NCBI GenBank assembly: GCA_047972425.1
Contig: JBKEAR010000016.1
Span: 5,500 to 69,499, forward strand
Source of the DNA: Alphaproteobacteria bacterium
GTDB lineage: Bacteria > Pseudomonadota > Alphaproteobacteria > JBKEAR01
Direction: 5' to 3'
DNA length: 64,000 nucleotides
The position numbers were made by a program, and so were the translations under genes. The notes beneath the pieces were generated by a model that was given only the letters and a program-made list of their open reading frames with translations, ran no database searches and had not been told where the DNA came from. Positions 11,594-20,719 of the stretch are shown one piece after another; positions within the stretch are counted from its first letter, which is position 1; every line of letters begins with the position of its first letter.

Positions 11594-11622
11594 AAAAAGG
11601 CTCCTTTGGGGGTCTTTTTTTA
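11594..11622 (+). terminator. intrinsic terminator
   Basis: AAAAAGGCTCC-TTT-GGGGGTCTTTTTT. Confidence 0.65.
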
Positions 11623-11679
11623 TAGATTTTTTATACAATTTTAAATAGTATAGTTTACTTATTTAGTAGGAAAATATGA

Positions 11680-12369
11680 ATGACCTTTTTAAAACGCTTA
11701 TTTTTTGCCGCCTTGGTTTCATTATCGGTTACTATATCCAATTACGCCATTGCCGATGACCAGCAATTGATGAACGAAGTACTTGTTGATCTTAAAAAAG
11801 ACAACCCTTTTTTAAAATTATGGTTTAAGGAATTCCCCAGTGCCGAGCAAAAATTTCGAGATGTCATGCTGCAAGAAATTGCAAAAGGGAATAGCGATAC
11901 AACAAGCCTAATGCGGGTGGGTGCCGACTTGGGCATGCAAATGGGGCAACAAGATTTACCCGCTATTTTTGTTAAACTTAATGATGAAGGCCTTAATGAT
12001 ATTTTAAATGCTTTAAGTGACCTGATGGTAGAGGCGGGAAAATCCGACCAGTCTATTTGTCGCATGTTAATCATGGGCAATACCAGACCTTATATGGATT
12101 GGCTAATGAGCAACCCTGCATATATTATCCAAGTGAATGAAGCCATGAATAAAGTGGCCGATAATTACGAGAAAGACCGCGAAATCCCCGATGTCAGTCT
12201 TGCAACCAAAGCCCTTAACAAAATGAACAAAAAGGATAAAAAAATCATTATGAGTATGCAAAATATTGCCGCCGTTAATTGTGATAGCTTAGCCGATTTA
12301 TACAAGCTTATGGGCAGAAACCCAGAGTTTGCCCGTGCCAATTTTGCAGCTGCCATACCGCCGCAATAA
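11680..12369 (+). CDS. hypothetical secreted protein
   Basis: Signal peptide (AIA), AGGA RBS; no family recognised. Confidence 0.7.
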   Translation: MTFLKRLFFAALVSLSVTISNYAIADDQQLMNEVLVDLKKDNPFLKLWFKEFPSAEQKFRDVMLQEIAKGNSDTTSLMRVGADLGMQMGQQDLPAIFVKLNDEGLNDILNALSDLMVEAGKSDQSICRMLIMGNTRPYMDWLMSNPAYIIQVNEAMNKVADNYEKDREIPDVSLATKALNKMNKKDKKIIMSMQNIAAVNCDSLADLYKLMGRNPEFARANFAAAIPPQ

Positions 12370-12384
12370 TAGAAGCACATAAAC

Positions 12385-12413
12385 AAAAAAGCCACCCAAT
12401 GGGTGGCTTTTTT
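12385..12413. terminator. bidirectional terminator
   Basis: AAAAAAGCCACCC-AAT-GGGTGGCTTTTTT between convergent genes. Confidence 0.9.
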
Positions 12414-12430
12414 TAACCATTTTATATAAA

Positions 12431-13243
12431 TTAATTTACTTGGTGAACATCGCGTTGCGGGAATGGAATAGAAATATTATTCGCATCGAATGCTTGTTTG
12501 ATATTTTGTGTTAAATCGAATTTAACAGCCCAATAATCAGCATTTTTTGCCCAAACTCGTATAACTAAGTCCACAGAGCTTTCACCCAAATTGGCCACAC
12601 CCACAAAAATTTCTGGATCGTTTAAAGTGGCCGCATGTGCCAAAGCGGTATCAACCATTATTGCTTTTGCGGCTTCAATATCATCGCCATAACCAATGCC
12701 AACCGTAATATCCACACGGCGTAAATCATGGTGAGAAAAGTTTCTGACCTCGGCACCCCAAACAGTCCCATTAGGTACAATGATTTGCACATTATCGGGC
12801 GTTACAAGCTCGGTTGTAAATAAAGTAACCGATTTTACTGTACCAGCCACACCGGCTGTTTCCACATAATCGCCAACTTTAAATGGGCGAAAGAATAATA
12901 GCATTACACCTGCAGCCACATGTGCCAATGTGCCCTGTAATGCCAAACCGATAGCCAAACCAGCCGCACCTAAAAGAGCAACAAGCGATGCAACATTAAC
13001 ACCAAATTTTGTTAATACGGCAATAACCGTAATGGCAATAATCAGATATTTTACTAATGATCCAAAAAATCCGGCCAACATTTCATCGGGGCGCGGAGAC
13101 TTCATCACACGGTTTGTTACAAATGCCGCAGCACGGCCTGCAATAAAGAAACCAATAACTAAAATAACAATTGCCGCCAGAACATTCATGCCCATGCCAA
13201 CAAAATCGATGCCTTTTAGGCTATCTAAATTTAAATTTTCCAT
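12431..13243 (-). CDS. mscS: small-conductance mechanosensitive channel
   Basis: LGAAGLAIGLALQGTL, RPFKVGDYV, IIVPNG, ISIPFPQRDVH. Confidence 0.95.
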   Translation of the reverse strand: MENLNLDSLKGIDFVGMGMNVLAAIVILVIGFFIAGRAAAFVTNRVMKSPRPDEMLAGFFGSLVKYLIIAITVIAVLTKFGVNVASLVALLGAAGLAIGLALQGTLAHVAAGVMLLFFRPFKVGDYVETAGVAGTVKSVTLFTTELVTPDNVQIIVPNGTVWGAEVRNFSHHDLRRVDITVGIGYGDDIEAAKAIMVDTALAHAATLNDPEIFVGVANLGESSVDLVIRVWAKNADYWAVKFDLTQNIKQAFDANNISIPFPQRDVHQVN

Positions 13244-13396
13244 AAATTTGTTCCTCTCTCAAACAAAAAACAGATTAATAAATAACAGATTTATTCTTAT
13301 AAATAAAGCACATAATGCAACCCCTATCATTTAACGCTATAAAATCGCCATTTTATCAGCTATAATTATTTTACGATTAATTTTTAGGAGAATATA

Positions 13397-14326
13397 ATGT
13401 CACTATCCCCCTTTTTAATTGCCATTATCGTTTTGGCTGTTTTGGTTATTGTCCTTTTATCAATGAGTGTCAAAACCGTAACCCAAGGTTACGAATGGAC
13501 AGTTGAACGCTTTGGCCGTTACCATAAAACCCTTCGCCCCGGCTTGCATATTATTGTGCCGGTGATGGATAAAATCGGCTCTAAAGTGAATGTGCGCGAA
13601 CAAGTGATGGACGTACCCAGCCAAGAAGTGATTACCAAAGATAACGCTATTGTTACGGTTGATGGTATTGTGTATTTTCAGGTACTTAGTGCTAAGGCTG
13701 CCACTTATGAGGTGAGCAATTTATTTACTGCAATTTTAAACTTGGTAATGACCAATTTACGTACGGTTGTGGGCTCTATGGATTTAGACGAAACATTATC
13801 GCAACGCGAGCATATTAACACCAAGCTCATGCATGTGGTGGACGAAGCCACAAACCCATGGGGTGTTAAAGTAACCCGTATCGAGATTGCCGATATTCAG
13901 CCCCCACGGGATATTGCCGATGCCATGGGGCGCCAAATGAAGGCGGAGCGTGAAAAAAGAGCGGCTATTTTAGAGGCCGAAGGTTTGCGCCAATCGGAAA
14001 TTTTAAAGGCCGAAGGTTTAAAACAATCGAAAATCTTAGAGGCCGAAGGTCGCCGCGAAGCTGCCTTTAGAGATGCCGAAGCCCGCGAACGTGCTGCCGA
14101 GGCCGAAGCCCAAGCTACCCGCATGGTGTCAGAAGCCATTGCATCGGGCGATATTCAGGCGATTAACTATTTTGTGGCAACAAAATATGTAGATTCGTTA
14201 CGCGATATTGCCTCTGCACCCAACCAAAAAGTAATGTTTTTACCCATGGAAGCCACCAGCATTTTAGGCTCTTTAGGGGGTATTGGCGAGATTGCCAATG
14301 AAGTATTTAAGAAAGGCAAAGGATAA
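13397..14326 (+). CDS. qmcA: SPFH/band 7 protein (QmcA-like)
   Basis: VERFGRY, QEVITKDNA, QMKAEREKRAAILEAEG repeats; followed by NfeD gene. Confidence 0.9.
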   Translation: MSLSPFLIAIIVLAVLVIVLLSMSVKTVTQGYEWTVERFGRYHKTLRPGLHIIVPVMDKIGSKVNVREQVMDVPSQEVITKDNAIVTVDGIVYFQVLSAKAATYEVSNLFTAILNLVMTNLRTVVGSMDLDETLSQREHINTKLMHVVDEATNPWGVKVTRIEIADIQPPRDIADAMGRQMKAEREKRAAILEAEGLRQSEILKAEGLKQSKILEAEGRREAAFRDAEARERAAEAEAQATRMVSEAIASGDIQAINYFVATKYVDSLRDIASAPNQKVMFLPMEATSILGSLGGIGEIANEVFKKGKG

Positions 14327-14329
14327 AAT

Positions 14330-14770
14330 ATGCATTTAGATCCGGCTCTTATTTGGCTTATTATCGGTGCTGCGCTCATTATTATCGAGCTTTTTGCACC
14401 GGGTGTATTTTTGCTGTGGTTTGGTATTGCCGCCATTATAACCGCTATCTTTACTTGGTTTATGCCCATTGATATTGGTATGCAAATTATCATCATGAGC
14501 ATTACATCGGTTATTTCGGCACTGGTTGGGCGCATGGTTTATAAAAAATTGGGCGATACAACCGATACCTCCCAAGAGCCAATTAACGAGCGCACCGCCC
14601 GTTATATTGGCATGATTACCCAAACAGAAGAAGCAATTATTGACGGCCGTGGCCGTGTAAAGATAGAAGATAGCAGCTGGTTATGCGAATGCCGTACCGA
14701 CTTACCCAAAGACTCAAGGGTTCGGGTAATTGGCGCTAATGGCACGGTTTTAATTGTAGAGCCGGCTTAA
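14330..14770 (+). CDS. NfeD family protein (YbbJ-like)
   Basis: WLIIG..ELFAPGVFLLWFG TM region, C-terminal OB-fold GRGRVKIEDSSW. Confidence 0.9.
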   Translation: MHLDPALIWLIIGAALIIIELFAPGVFLLWFGIAAIITAIFTWFMPIDIGMQIIIMSITSVISALVGRMVYKKLGDTTDTSQEPINERTARYIGMITQTEEAIIDGRGRVKIEDSSWLCECRTDLPKDSRVRVIGANGTVLIVEPA

Positions 14771-14789
14771 AAAATTGACCATCAAAAAC

Positions 14790-14824
14790 AAAAGCACCAA
14801 GGATACCTCTTTGGTGCTTTTTTT
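14790..14824. terminator. bidirectional terminator
   Basis: AAAAGCACCAA...TTGGTGCTTTTTTT between convergent genes. Confidence 0.8.
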
Positions 14825-14841
14825 ATAAAAAAATAAAATGG

Positions 14842-15750
14842 TTATTCCAAATAATCGGCCGATAAAAATTCGCGCCCCTCAGCCCCATGGTAAAAACCAT
14901 TAGAATAAACAATATTCGGTGTATTTTCTAACAATAAGGCATCGGCCTCGGCGGCATTGATTTTTTTATTGATTAAATCGCGCCAAATTTTATTCACCAC
15001 CAACATATCGCAATCTTGGGGGGAAATTCTAAAAGCATGCACGCCAATATTGGTTAAATGCTGGCTTTCAGCCGTTAAACTAATATAAGAATGGCTCATG
15101 GTACAAGTGCCATTCACATTTAAAAATGGCTGTAACTCTAATGTTTGCACATCCATGCCATCGTAATCCTCGTTACAAACATATTGGCATTTCGATTTTC
15201 GTAATCCGCGAGAGCGTGCATGATAACAGCGGCTCGATACTGCTAAGGGTAAACGCCCAAAGGTCTGGATTTCAATCTCGGCCGATGTATTTTTGGTAAT
15301 GGCCTCAATGGCATCTTCGGCCAATTCATAGGGTAAGCATATACGCTGTGCCCCTTGTTTGGCCATATATTCGGCTGCACCTTCGTTATAAATATTAATA
15401 AACGGCCCCACATAATGGGGTTTGTTTTTTATATAAGAAAGTGCCGATGCATCATTGGCCTCTACAGTATATCTATCATTTTCACATACGGTTTTTAAGG
15501 CTTCTTCCTCGTAAATATTCATAATCAGTGCCAATGTCGAGCGTATCACTTTTTTGCCCGATTGGGTTAAACGTTCCGCAATAGCATCAATTTCATTTTC
15601 GTAAAAAGGCAAACGGCGCGAGCATATGACCTCGCCCAAATAGACTTCTTCAAAATCACTTTCATCAGCTATTTTAAAATAAAAATCTTTCCAATCATCA
15701 AGCTTCCAATTAAATAAGCAAGGCCCTAAAGTTAAAATCGGTTTTGTCAT
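14842..15750 (-). CDS. ubiV: O2-independent ubiquinone biosynthesis protein UbiV (U32 family)
   Basis: LGPCLFNW, VYLGEVICSRR, FGRLPLAVSSRCYHAR, C...C Fe-S ligands; adjacent to ubiU/ubiT. Confidence 0.92.
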   Translation of the reverse strand: MTKPILTLGPCLFNWKLDDWKDFYFKIADESDFEEVYLGEVICSRRLPFYENEIDAIAERLTQSGKKVIRSTLALIMNIYEEEALKTVCENDRYTVEANDASALSYIKNKPHYVGPFINIYNEGAAEYMAKQGAQRICLPYELAEDAIEAITKNTSAEIEIQTFGRLPLAVSSRCYHARSRGLRKSKCQYVCNEDYDGMDVQTLELQPFLNVNGTCTMSHSYISLTAESQHLTNIGVHAFRISPQDCDMLVVNKIWRDLINKKINAAEADALLLENTPNIVYSNGFYHGAEGREFLSADYLE

Positions 15751-15785
15751 ATCGTTTCATTCTTTATTTTCTAATCATGGTAAAA

Positions 15786-16775
15786 TTATTGCCAACGGCG
15801 ATTATAAGCACCTTTGGTTGAGCGCCCGCCCTCGGACAGATTTTGCAATCCCGATGCATCGTAACTTCTGCCCTCGGCAATGGCATCCACAGCTTCTCTG
15901 AAGGCCGAGACTATTTGGCGCACATAAGCACGTGAGCGTTGACGGCCTTCTATCTTTAGCGCCGTCACACCGGCATCTTGCAGCTGATCCAAAATATCAA
16001 TTACCGAAAGCGATGTGGGTTCTTCAAACAACCAACTGGGTTTACCTTGGGCAATAAAGCGCCCTTTGCATAAGGTGGGGTAACCGGCATTTTCATTTTC
16101 ATCAAAAACATTAATGGTAGAGCCCCCAAGGCGCGAGACCAATTTACCGCCATTTTGCTGATAGCTTACATGGCTTGCTGGCGAGCATACGCCATCCTTA
16201 TTGGGCGAAAGCCCAGTAACATAAGATGATAACGAGCATCGGCCTTCGGCCATCACACATAACCCGCCAAAAACAAAAACTTCGCTTTCCACATGTATTT
16301 TGCTATTAAGTGTACGGATTTCATCTAAAGTTAAAACACGGGGTAAAACCACCCGTTTCACATCAAATTCTTCCACATAATAATTAATACTGGCTGCATT
16401 CGATGCCGAGGCCTGTACCGATAAATGACGCCGAAGCTCCGGCACATTTTCTTTTGCCCACGAAAGCAGCCCCATATCGGCCAAAATAACTGCATGCACA
16501 CCAATCTCGGCGGCATCTTCTAAACCCTTTTTCCAAACATCGGCATTGCCAGCCTCGGCCCATGTATTCATGGCCAAAAGCAATTTTACATTATGATCTT
16601 TAGCTTTTTGCGCGGCCTCTTTAAGTTCCGCGCGAGAGAAATTTAACCCCGGAAAATTCCGTGCATTGGTTGCATCGCGATAACCGCAATATATCGTATC
16701 GGCACCGGCCTCTAGGGCGGCATCAAAAGCAGCAGGCGTACCTGCAGGGCATACAAGTTCTAATTTTTTGGTCAT
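15786..16775 (-). CDS. ubiU: O2-independent ubiquinone biosynthesis protein UbiU (U32 family)
   Basis: ELVCPAG, NARNFPGLNF, FGGLCVMAEGRCSLSSY, CKGRF, LKIEGRQRS. Confidence 0.94.
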   Translation of the reverse strand: MTKKLELVCPAGTPAAFDAALEAGADTIYCGYRDATNARNFPGLNFSRAELKEAAQKAKDHNVKLLLAMNTWAEAGNADVWKKGLEDAAEIGVHAVILADMGLLSWAKENVPELRRHLSVQASASNAASINYYVEEFDVKRVVLPRVLTLDEIRTLNSKIHVESEVFVFGGLCVMAEGRCSLSSYVTGLSPNKDGVCSPASHVSYQQNGGKLVSRLGGSTINVFDENENAGYPTLCKGRFIAQGKPSWLFEEPTSLSVIDILDQLQDAGVTALKIEGRQRSRAYVRQIVSAFREAVDAIAEGRSYDASGLQNLSEGGRSTKGAYNRRWQ

Positions 16776-16779
16776 ATAT

Positions 16780-17475
16780 TTAGGCTTCCTTTTTTGTGCG
16801 ATTCACATTGCGCTTTTGCCGAACTCCCGCTTTGGTTAAGCTGGCTTTTAAATTGGTAATTTCTTGGTTAAGCTCACTTATGGTATTGGCTTGCTGTTCT
16901 AACTGTGTTTTTAAATTACCGTTAATCGCATTTTGTACAATATTCATATCTTGCGCCGCCTTTTTATAAATATTTTCGGCGATATGCCCGGCATGTTTCA
17001 CCGGCTTTGCAAGGGGGCCGAATATTTGTAATATTTCATCACCCATATCCACGCCGGTGGCATCAATGGCATTTCTTAAGGCAACAACGGCTTCGGTAGA
17101 ACCTTCAATTTCTAAATCCCTTGTAAAAAATAAAGCATCACCGTCCGAATCACCATTCATCATTTTCAGTAAATTTTCAAAGGATGCATGTATCGTCGCC
17201 ATCGCCTCTGGCCGCTCCCCTTTTTTTTCATGGGCGGTAATAAGTATTTGGCCATCAACCGCTTGCATATAAAAGGCAAAAGGCAAGTCAATTGGGTTAA
17301 TCAGCCAGCTCGGTTCATCTAAATCGCTTAACCGCTCCACAAAAGACGGATGTTTAATTTGCATATTTTTGGCAATTTTTTGGGTTAAACGCTGTATCAG
17401 CGAAAGCGGTGCCGTACGCAAGGCAAAACCCAAAAATAATGTAGGCCCAAAAGGTGGGTGCGACTGAACAGCCAT
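16780..17475 (-). CDS. ubiT: SCP2-domain protein UbiT
   Basis: DGDALFFTRDLEIEGSTEAVVALRNAID motif; upstream of ubiUV. Confidence 0.9.
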   Translation of the reverse strand: MAVQSHPPFGPTLFLGFALRTAPLSLIQRLTQKIAKNMQIKHPSFVERLSDLDEPSWLINPIDLPFAFYMQAVDGQILITAHEKKGERPEAMATIHASFENLLKMMNGDSDGDALFFTRDLEIEGSTEAVVALRNAIDATGVDMGDEILQIFGPLAKPVKHAGHIAENIYKKAAQDMNIVQNAINGNLKTQLEQQANTISELNQEITNLKASLTKAGVRQKRNVNRTKKEA

Positions 17476-17620
17476 TTTGTAATCCTTAGTTTTTTAAAGT
17501 TAGGTATAAAATAACATGAAACCGCTTTTTGTCAAAACGCTTTACCACTTAATCGGTGTTCTATAATTTTATCATTTTTTTGCTATTTTTTTAAGTATAA
17601 ATAAGGGCGTATATAAATAT

Positions 17621-18082
17621 CTATTTTTGAGTTAAATCCTTAACAATCGCATCGCAACCCGTTATGATTTGCTGCATCATCATATCAAAATCTTCTAAGC
17701 TACCATAATAAGGGTCCGCCACCGAACAATGGGGTTGCTCCATAAAATAATCGCAAAAATATCGAATCCGCGCGCCCGATTGTGGCGGTTTATTCTGGAG
17801 CAAATAACGGTAATGGCCGTCATCCATGGCGATAATATCATCAAATGTAAAATAATCATCGGGTGTAATTTGCCTTGCCCGAATATGGCTAATATCAAAG
17901 CCGTATTTTTTGGCTGTTTTTATAGCTCTTTGGTCTGGTGCATCGCCTTCGTGCCATCCGCCCAAGCCCGCACTATCGACATGAATATGCAATATATTTT
18001 GCGCTTGCAATTTTTGTTTTAATATTGCATCGGCCGAGGGCGAGCGGCAAATATTGCCGGTGCATATAAATAAAACAGACAT
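17621..18082 (-). CDS. low-molecular-weight protein-tyrosine phosphatase
   Basis: VLFICTGNICRSP P-loop and DPYYG; start set to ATG 18082 with AAAGGA RBS. Confidence 0.95.
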   Translation of the reverse strand: MSVLFICTGNICRSPSADAILKQKLQAQNILHIHVDSAGLGGWHEGDAPDQRAIKTAKKYGFDISHIRARQITPDDYFTFDDIIAMDDGHYRYLLQNKPPQSGARIRYFCDYFMEQPHCSVADPYYGSLEDFDMMMQQIITGCDAIVKDLTQK

Positions 18083-18227
18083 TGATTTTCCTTTAACTTT
18101 CAAAAAATTTACTTTTTATTAATATTTTTCGCTTGGCGTTTATGGCAAAATTGTGTAAAAGCAAGGTTACCAAAAAATCTTATGAACATAAAGATGAATT
18201 CGGCTTAACCGATTTTAGGATGATTAA

Positions 18228-18350
18228 ATGCGATTACAGATTACTGTTATTTTTACATTACTATTATTAGTAGCATCGGCTTTTGTATCACTCACACAAG
18301 CTTATAATATGCACCATCAATTACCCGAAAGCACCCAAGCACCCCGTTAA
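18228..18350 (+). CDS. unannotated 40-aa signal-peptide-bearing small ORF
   Basis: Manual translation MRLQITVIFTLLLLVASAFVSLTQAYNMHHQLPESTQAPR; TAGGA 7 nt upstream. Confidence 0.45.
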   Translation: MRLQITVIFTLLLLVASAFVSLTQAYNMHHQLPESTQAPR

Positions 18351-18737
18351 AATTTTTATTAATTATTAATATTTTATCCCAAAATCAATGTAAAACAGCA
18401 TCAATATACAGAATTATAAATAATTTTCTGTAATTATACCTGCATGCAAAAAAAAATTCTTTACGGCTTTTTAAATTTACCATATAATATTCATGCAAGT
18501 AACGTTGGTAAAAGTTATACCCTCGTGCATCGTTTCTTTAACAGTTAAAAATATTACTTTCCTCTCCTCCCCCTTTTTTGAATGTTAGAGAAACGAGCTT
18601 GCACAAAAGAGCATAATCCCCTTTCTGTTTCCCATTATTTATTTATCTTTTTTTGAACATATTTGTTTTGTTGCGAAAAACAAAGAGGTCGGGTAAAGTA
18701 TAAGCAATTTTAAAACGCTTTTATAAGGATTTTGTTT

Positions 18738-20240
18738 ATGTTCTCTCAATGGAAGTCTGCGCTATTCGGTGCTTCGCTTTTGGTTTTTTCATCTCCTTTT
18801 GCCTTGGCACAAACCACGGCCGAAGAACAGCAAGCATTAGATAAAACCTATAACGAACTTGCATTATTTGGCCAAGTTTTCGATCATATTCGCGAAAATT
18901 ATGTGGAGCAGGTCTCTGATGAAGAGCTGATTAAGGCCGCCATTGACGGCATGTTGCGCTCGCTTGACCCCCATTCTAACTTTTTAACGGGCGAAGAAGC
19001 CCAAGATATGATGGATCAAACTTCGGGCACTTATGGCGGGCTGGGTATTCAGGTAAGCCAAGATGAAAACGGCATGGTTTTAGTGATTGCCCCCTTTGAT
19101 GATACCCCTGCCGCCAAGGCAGGCATTGAGCCGGGCGATCGGATTAGCCATGTGGATAATGAACCCACCATGGGCGAAAGCTTAGACAAAGCCACCGAGA
19201 AAATGAAGGGCGAACCCGGCACCGATGTTGTCCTTACTATCATGCGCGAAGGCGTTGAGCCTTTTGATGTAACCGTTACCCGCGATATCATCCGCCCCGA
19301 CCCTGTGCGTTGGCGCTTAGAAGGCAAAAACGGCTATATCCGTTTAGCTGCTTTTAATCAGCGCTCTACCGAAGTTTTAATTGAGGCCGTGAATGACCTC
19401 AACAAACAAGCCGAAGAGCAAGGTTTTGAAATTAACGGTTTTGTGCTCGATTTACGCTCTAACCCCGGCGGATTGTTAGACCAAGCGGTTTCGATTGTAG
19501 ACAGCTTTGTGGATGAAGGCGAAATTGTGAGTATTCGGGGGCGCGATGCCAATGAGGGCGAACGCTTTACCGCAACCGAGGGCGATGTTACCGATGGCAA
19601 ACCATTGATTGTACTCATCAATGCCGGCTCCGCTTCGGCCTCCGAAATTGTTGCCGGTGCCTTGCAAGATTTAGAACGTGCCATGATTTTGGGTGAACGC
19701 AGCTTTGGCAAAGGCTCGGTACAAACCGTTGGCCAAGTATCTGCCGATGGTGATTTGGTGCGCATGACAACCGCCCGTTATTTTACGCCATCAGGCCGCT
19801 CTATCCAAGGTGAGGGTATTCATCCCGATATTGAAGTGAAGCCAGCAAAAATTGAGGTAGTTGAGCGCGAAATCATCCGCGAGGGTGATATCCCCGGTGC
19901 CTTAACCAACCCCGGCACGGGTGTTCCGCGGGATAATGTAACACCGGCTGAGGAACAACCAACCACAGAGGAAACACCACCGGCAATAACCGAGCAACCC
20001 GCCAGCGATGAAACATCAAGCACTGATGATGAAAGCAAAAAAGGCTTGGCCGATACCATTAAAGATGCCCTAAAAAATACAAAAGAAAAAGAAGATGAAA
20101 AATCTAAGGGCAATAAAGTAGCCGATGAAGTGGTGCAAAAAGAAATTGAAGCCGCCGAAAAAGATAATCAGCTTCAACGGGCGCTCGATTTATTAGACGC
20201 CATTTCGGTTTACGAAAATTTTAAAAATAAGCAACAATAA
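18738..20240 (+). CDS. ctpA: S41 carboxy-terminal processing protease
   Basis: LDPHS, GGLGI PDZ domain, VLDLRSNPGGLL, SASASEIVAGALQD, SFGKGSVQT; ATG 18738 after AAGGA. Confidence 0.95.
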   Translation: MFSQWKSALFGASLLVFSSPFALAQTTAEEQQALDKTYNELALFGQVFDHIRENYVEQVSDEELIKAAIDGMLRSLDPHSNFLTGEEAQDMMDQTSGTYGGLGIQVSQDENGMVLVIAPFDDTPAAKAGIEPGDRISHVDNEPTMGESLDKATEKMKGEPGTDVVLTIMREGVEPFDVTVTRDIIRPDPVRWRLEGKNGYIRLAAFNQRSTEVLIEAVNDLNKQAEEQGFEINGFVLDLRSNPGGLLDQAVSIVDSFVDEGEIVSIRGRDANEGERFTATEGDVTDGKPLIVLINAGSASASEIVAGALQDLERAMILGERSFGKGSVQTVGQVSADGDLVRMTTARYFTPSGRSIQGEGIHPDIEVKPAKIEVVEREIIREGDIPGALTNPGTGVPRDNVTPAEEQPTTEETPPAITEQPASDETSSTDDESKKGLADTIKDALKNTKEKEDEKSKGNKVADEVVQKEIEAAEKDNQLQRALDLLDAISVYENFKNKQQ

Positions 20241-20251
20241 ACGGAAGATAA

Positions 20252-20719
20252 ATGGAACTTAATAATTATCGCCCGGGTGTTGGCGCTTGTATTTTTAATA
20301 AGGATAATAAAGTTTTTGTTGCCGAGCGCTTGGATATCCCCGGGGCTTGGCAGTTGGTGCAAGGTGGTATAGATGCGGGCGAAAACCCCGATATTGCCCT
20401 TTACCGTGAGTTATTAGAAGAAACCGGCATACAAAAAGAAAATTTGGAATTATTAGCCAAATCGAAGGAATGGATAACATACAAATTCCCACAAGATGCC
20501 GGATTTTTTAAAGGCAAATATATCGGGCAAAAACAGCTTTGGTATGCGCTACGTTTTTTAGGTGCGGATAAAGATATTAACCTCAACCATACCCATCATC
20601 CAGAGTTTAGCCGCTTTAAATGGGTGGATTTAGCTGAGATTGAACAATTTGCCGTTGACTTTAAAAAAGAGCTTTACCATAAAATAATTAATGAATTTAA
20701 AGATTTGAGTGTAGGTTAA
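20252..20719 (+). CDS. rppH: RNA pyrophosphohydrolase (Nudix)
   Basis: YRPGVG, WQLVQGGIDAGE..ALYRELLEETG, GQKQLWY, EFSRFKW, FKKELY. Confidence 0.92.
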   Translation: MELNNYRPGVGACIFNKDNKVFVAERLDIPGAWQLVQGGIDAGENPDIALYRELLEETGIQKENLELLAKSKEWITYKFPQDAGFFKGKYIGQKQLWYALRFLGADKDINLNHTHHPEFSRFKWVDLAEIEQFAVDFKKELYHKIINEFKDLSVG

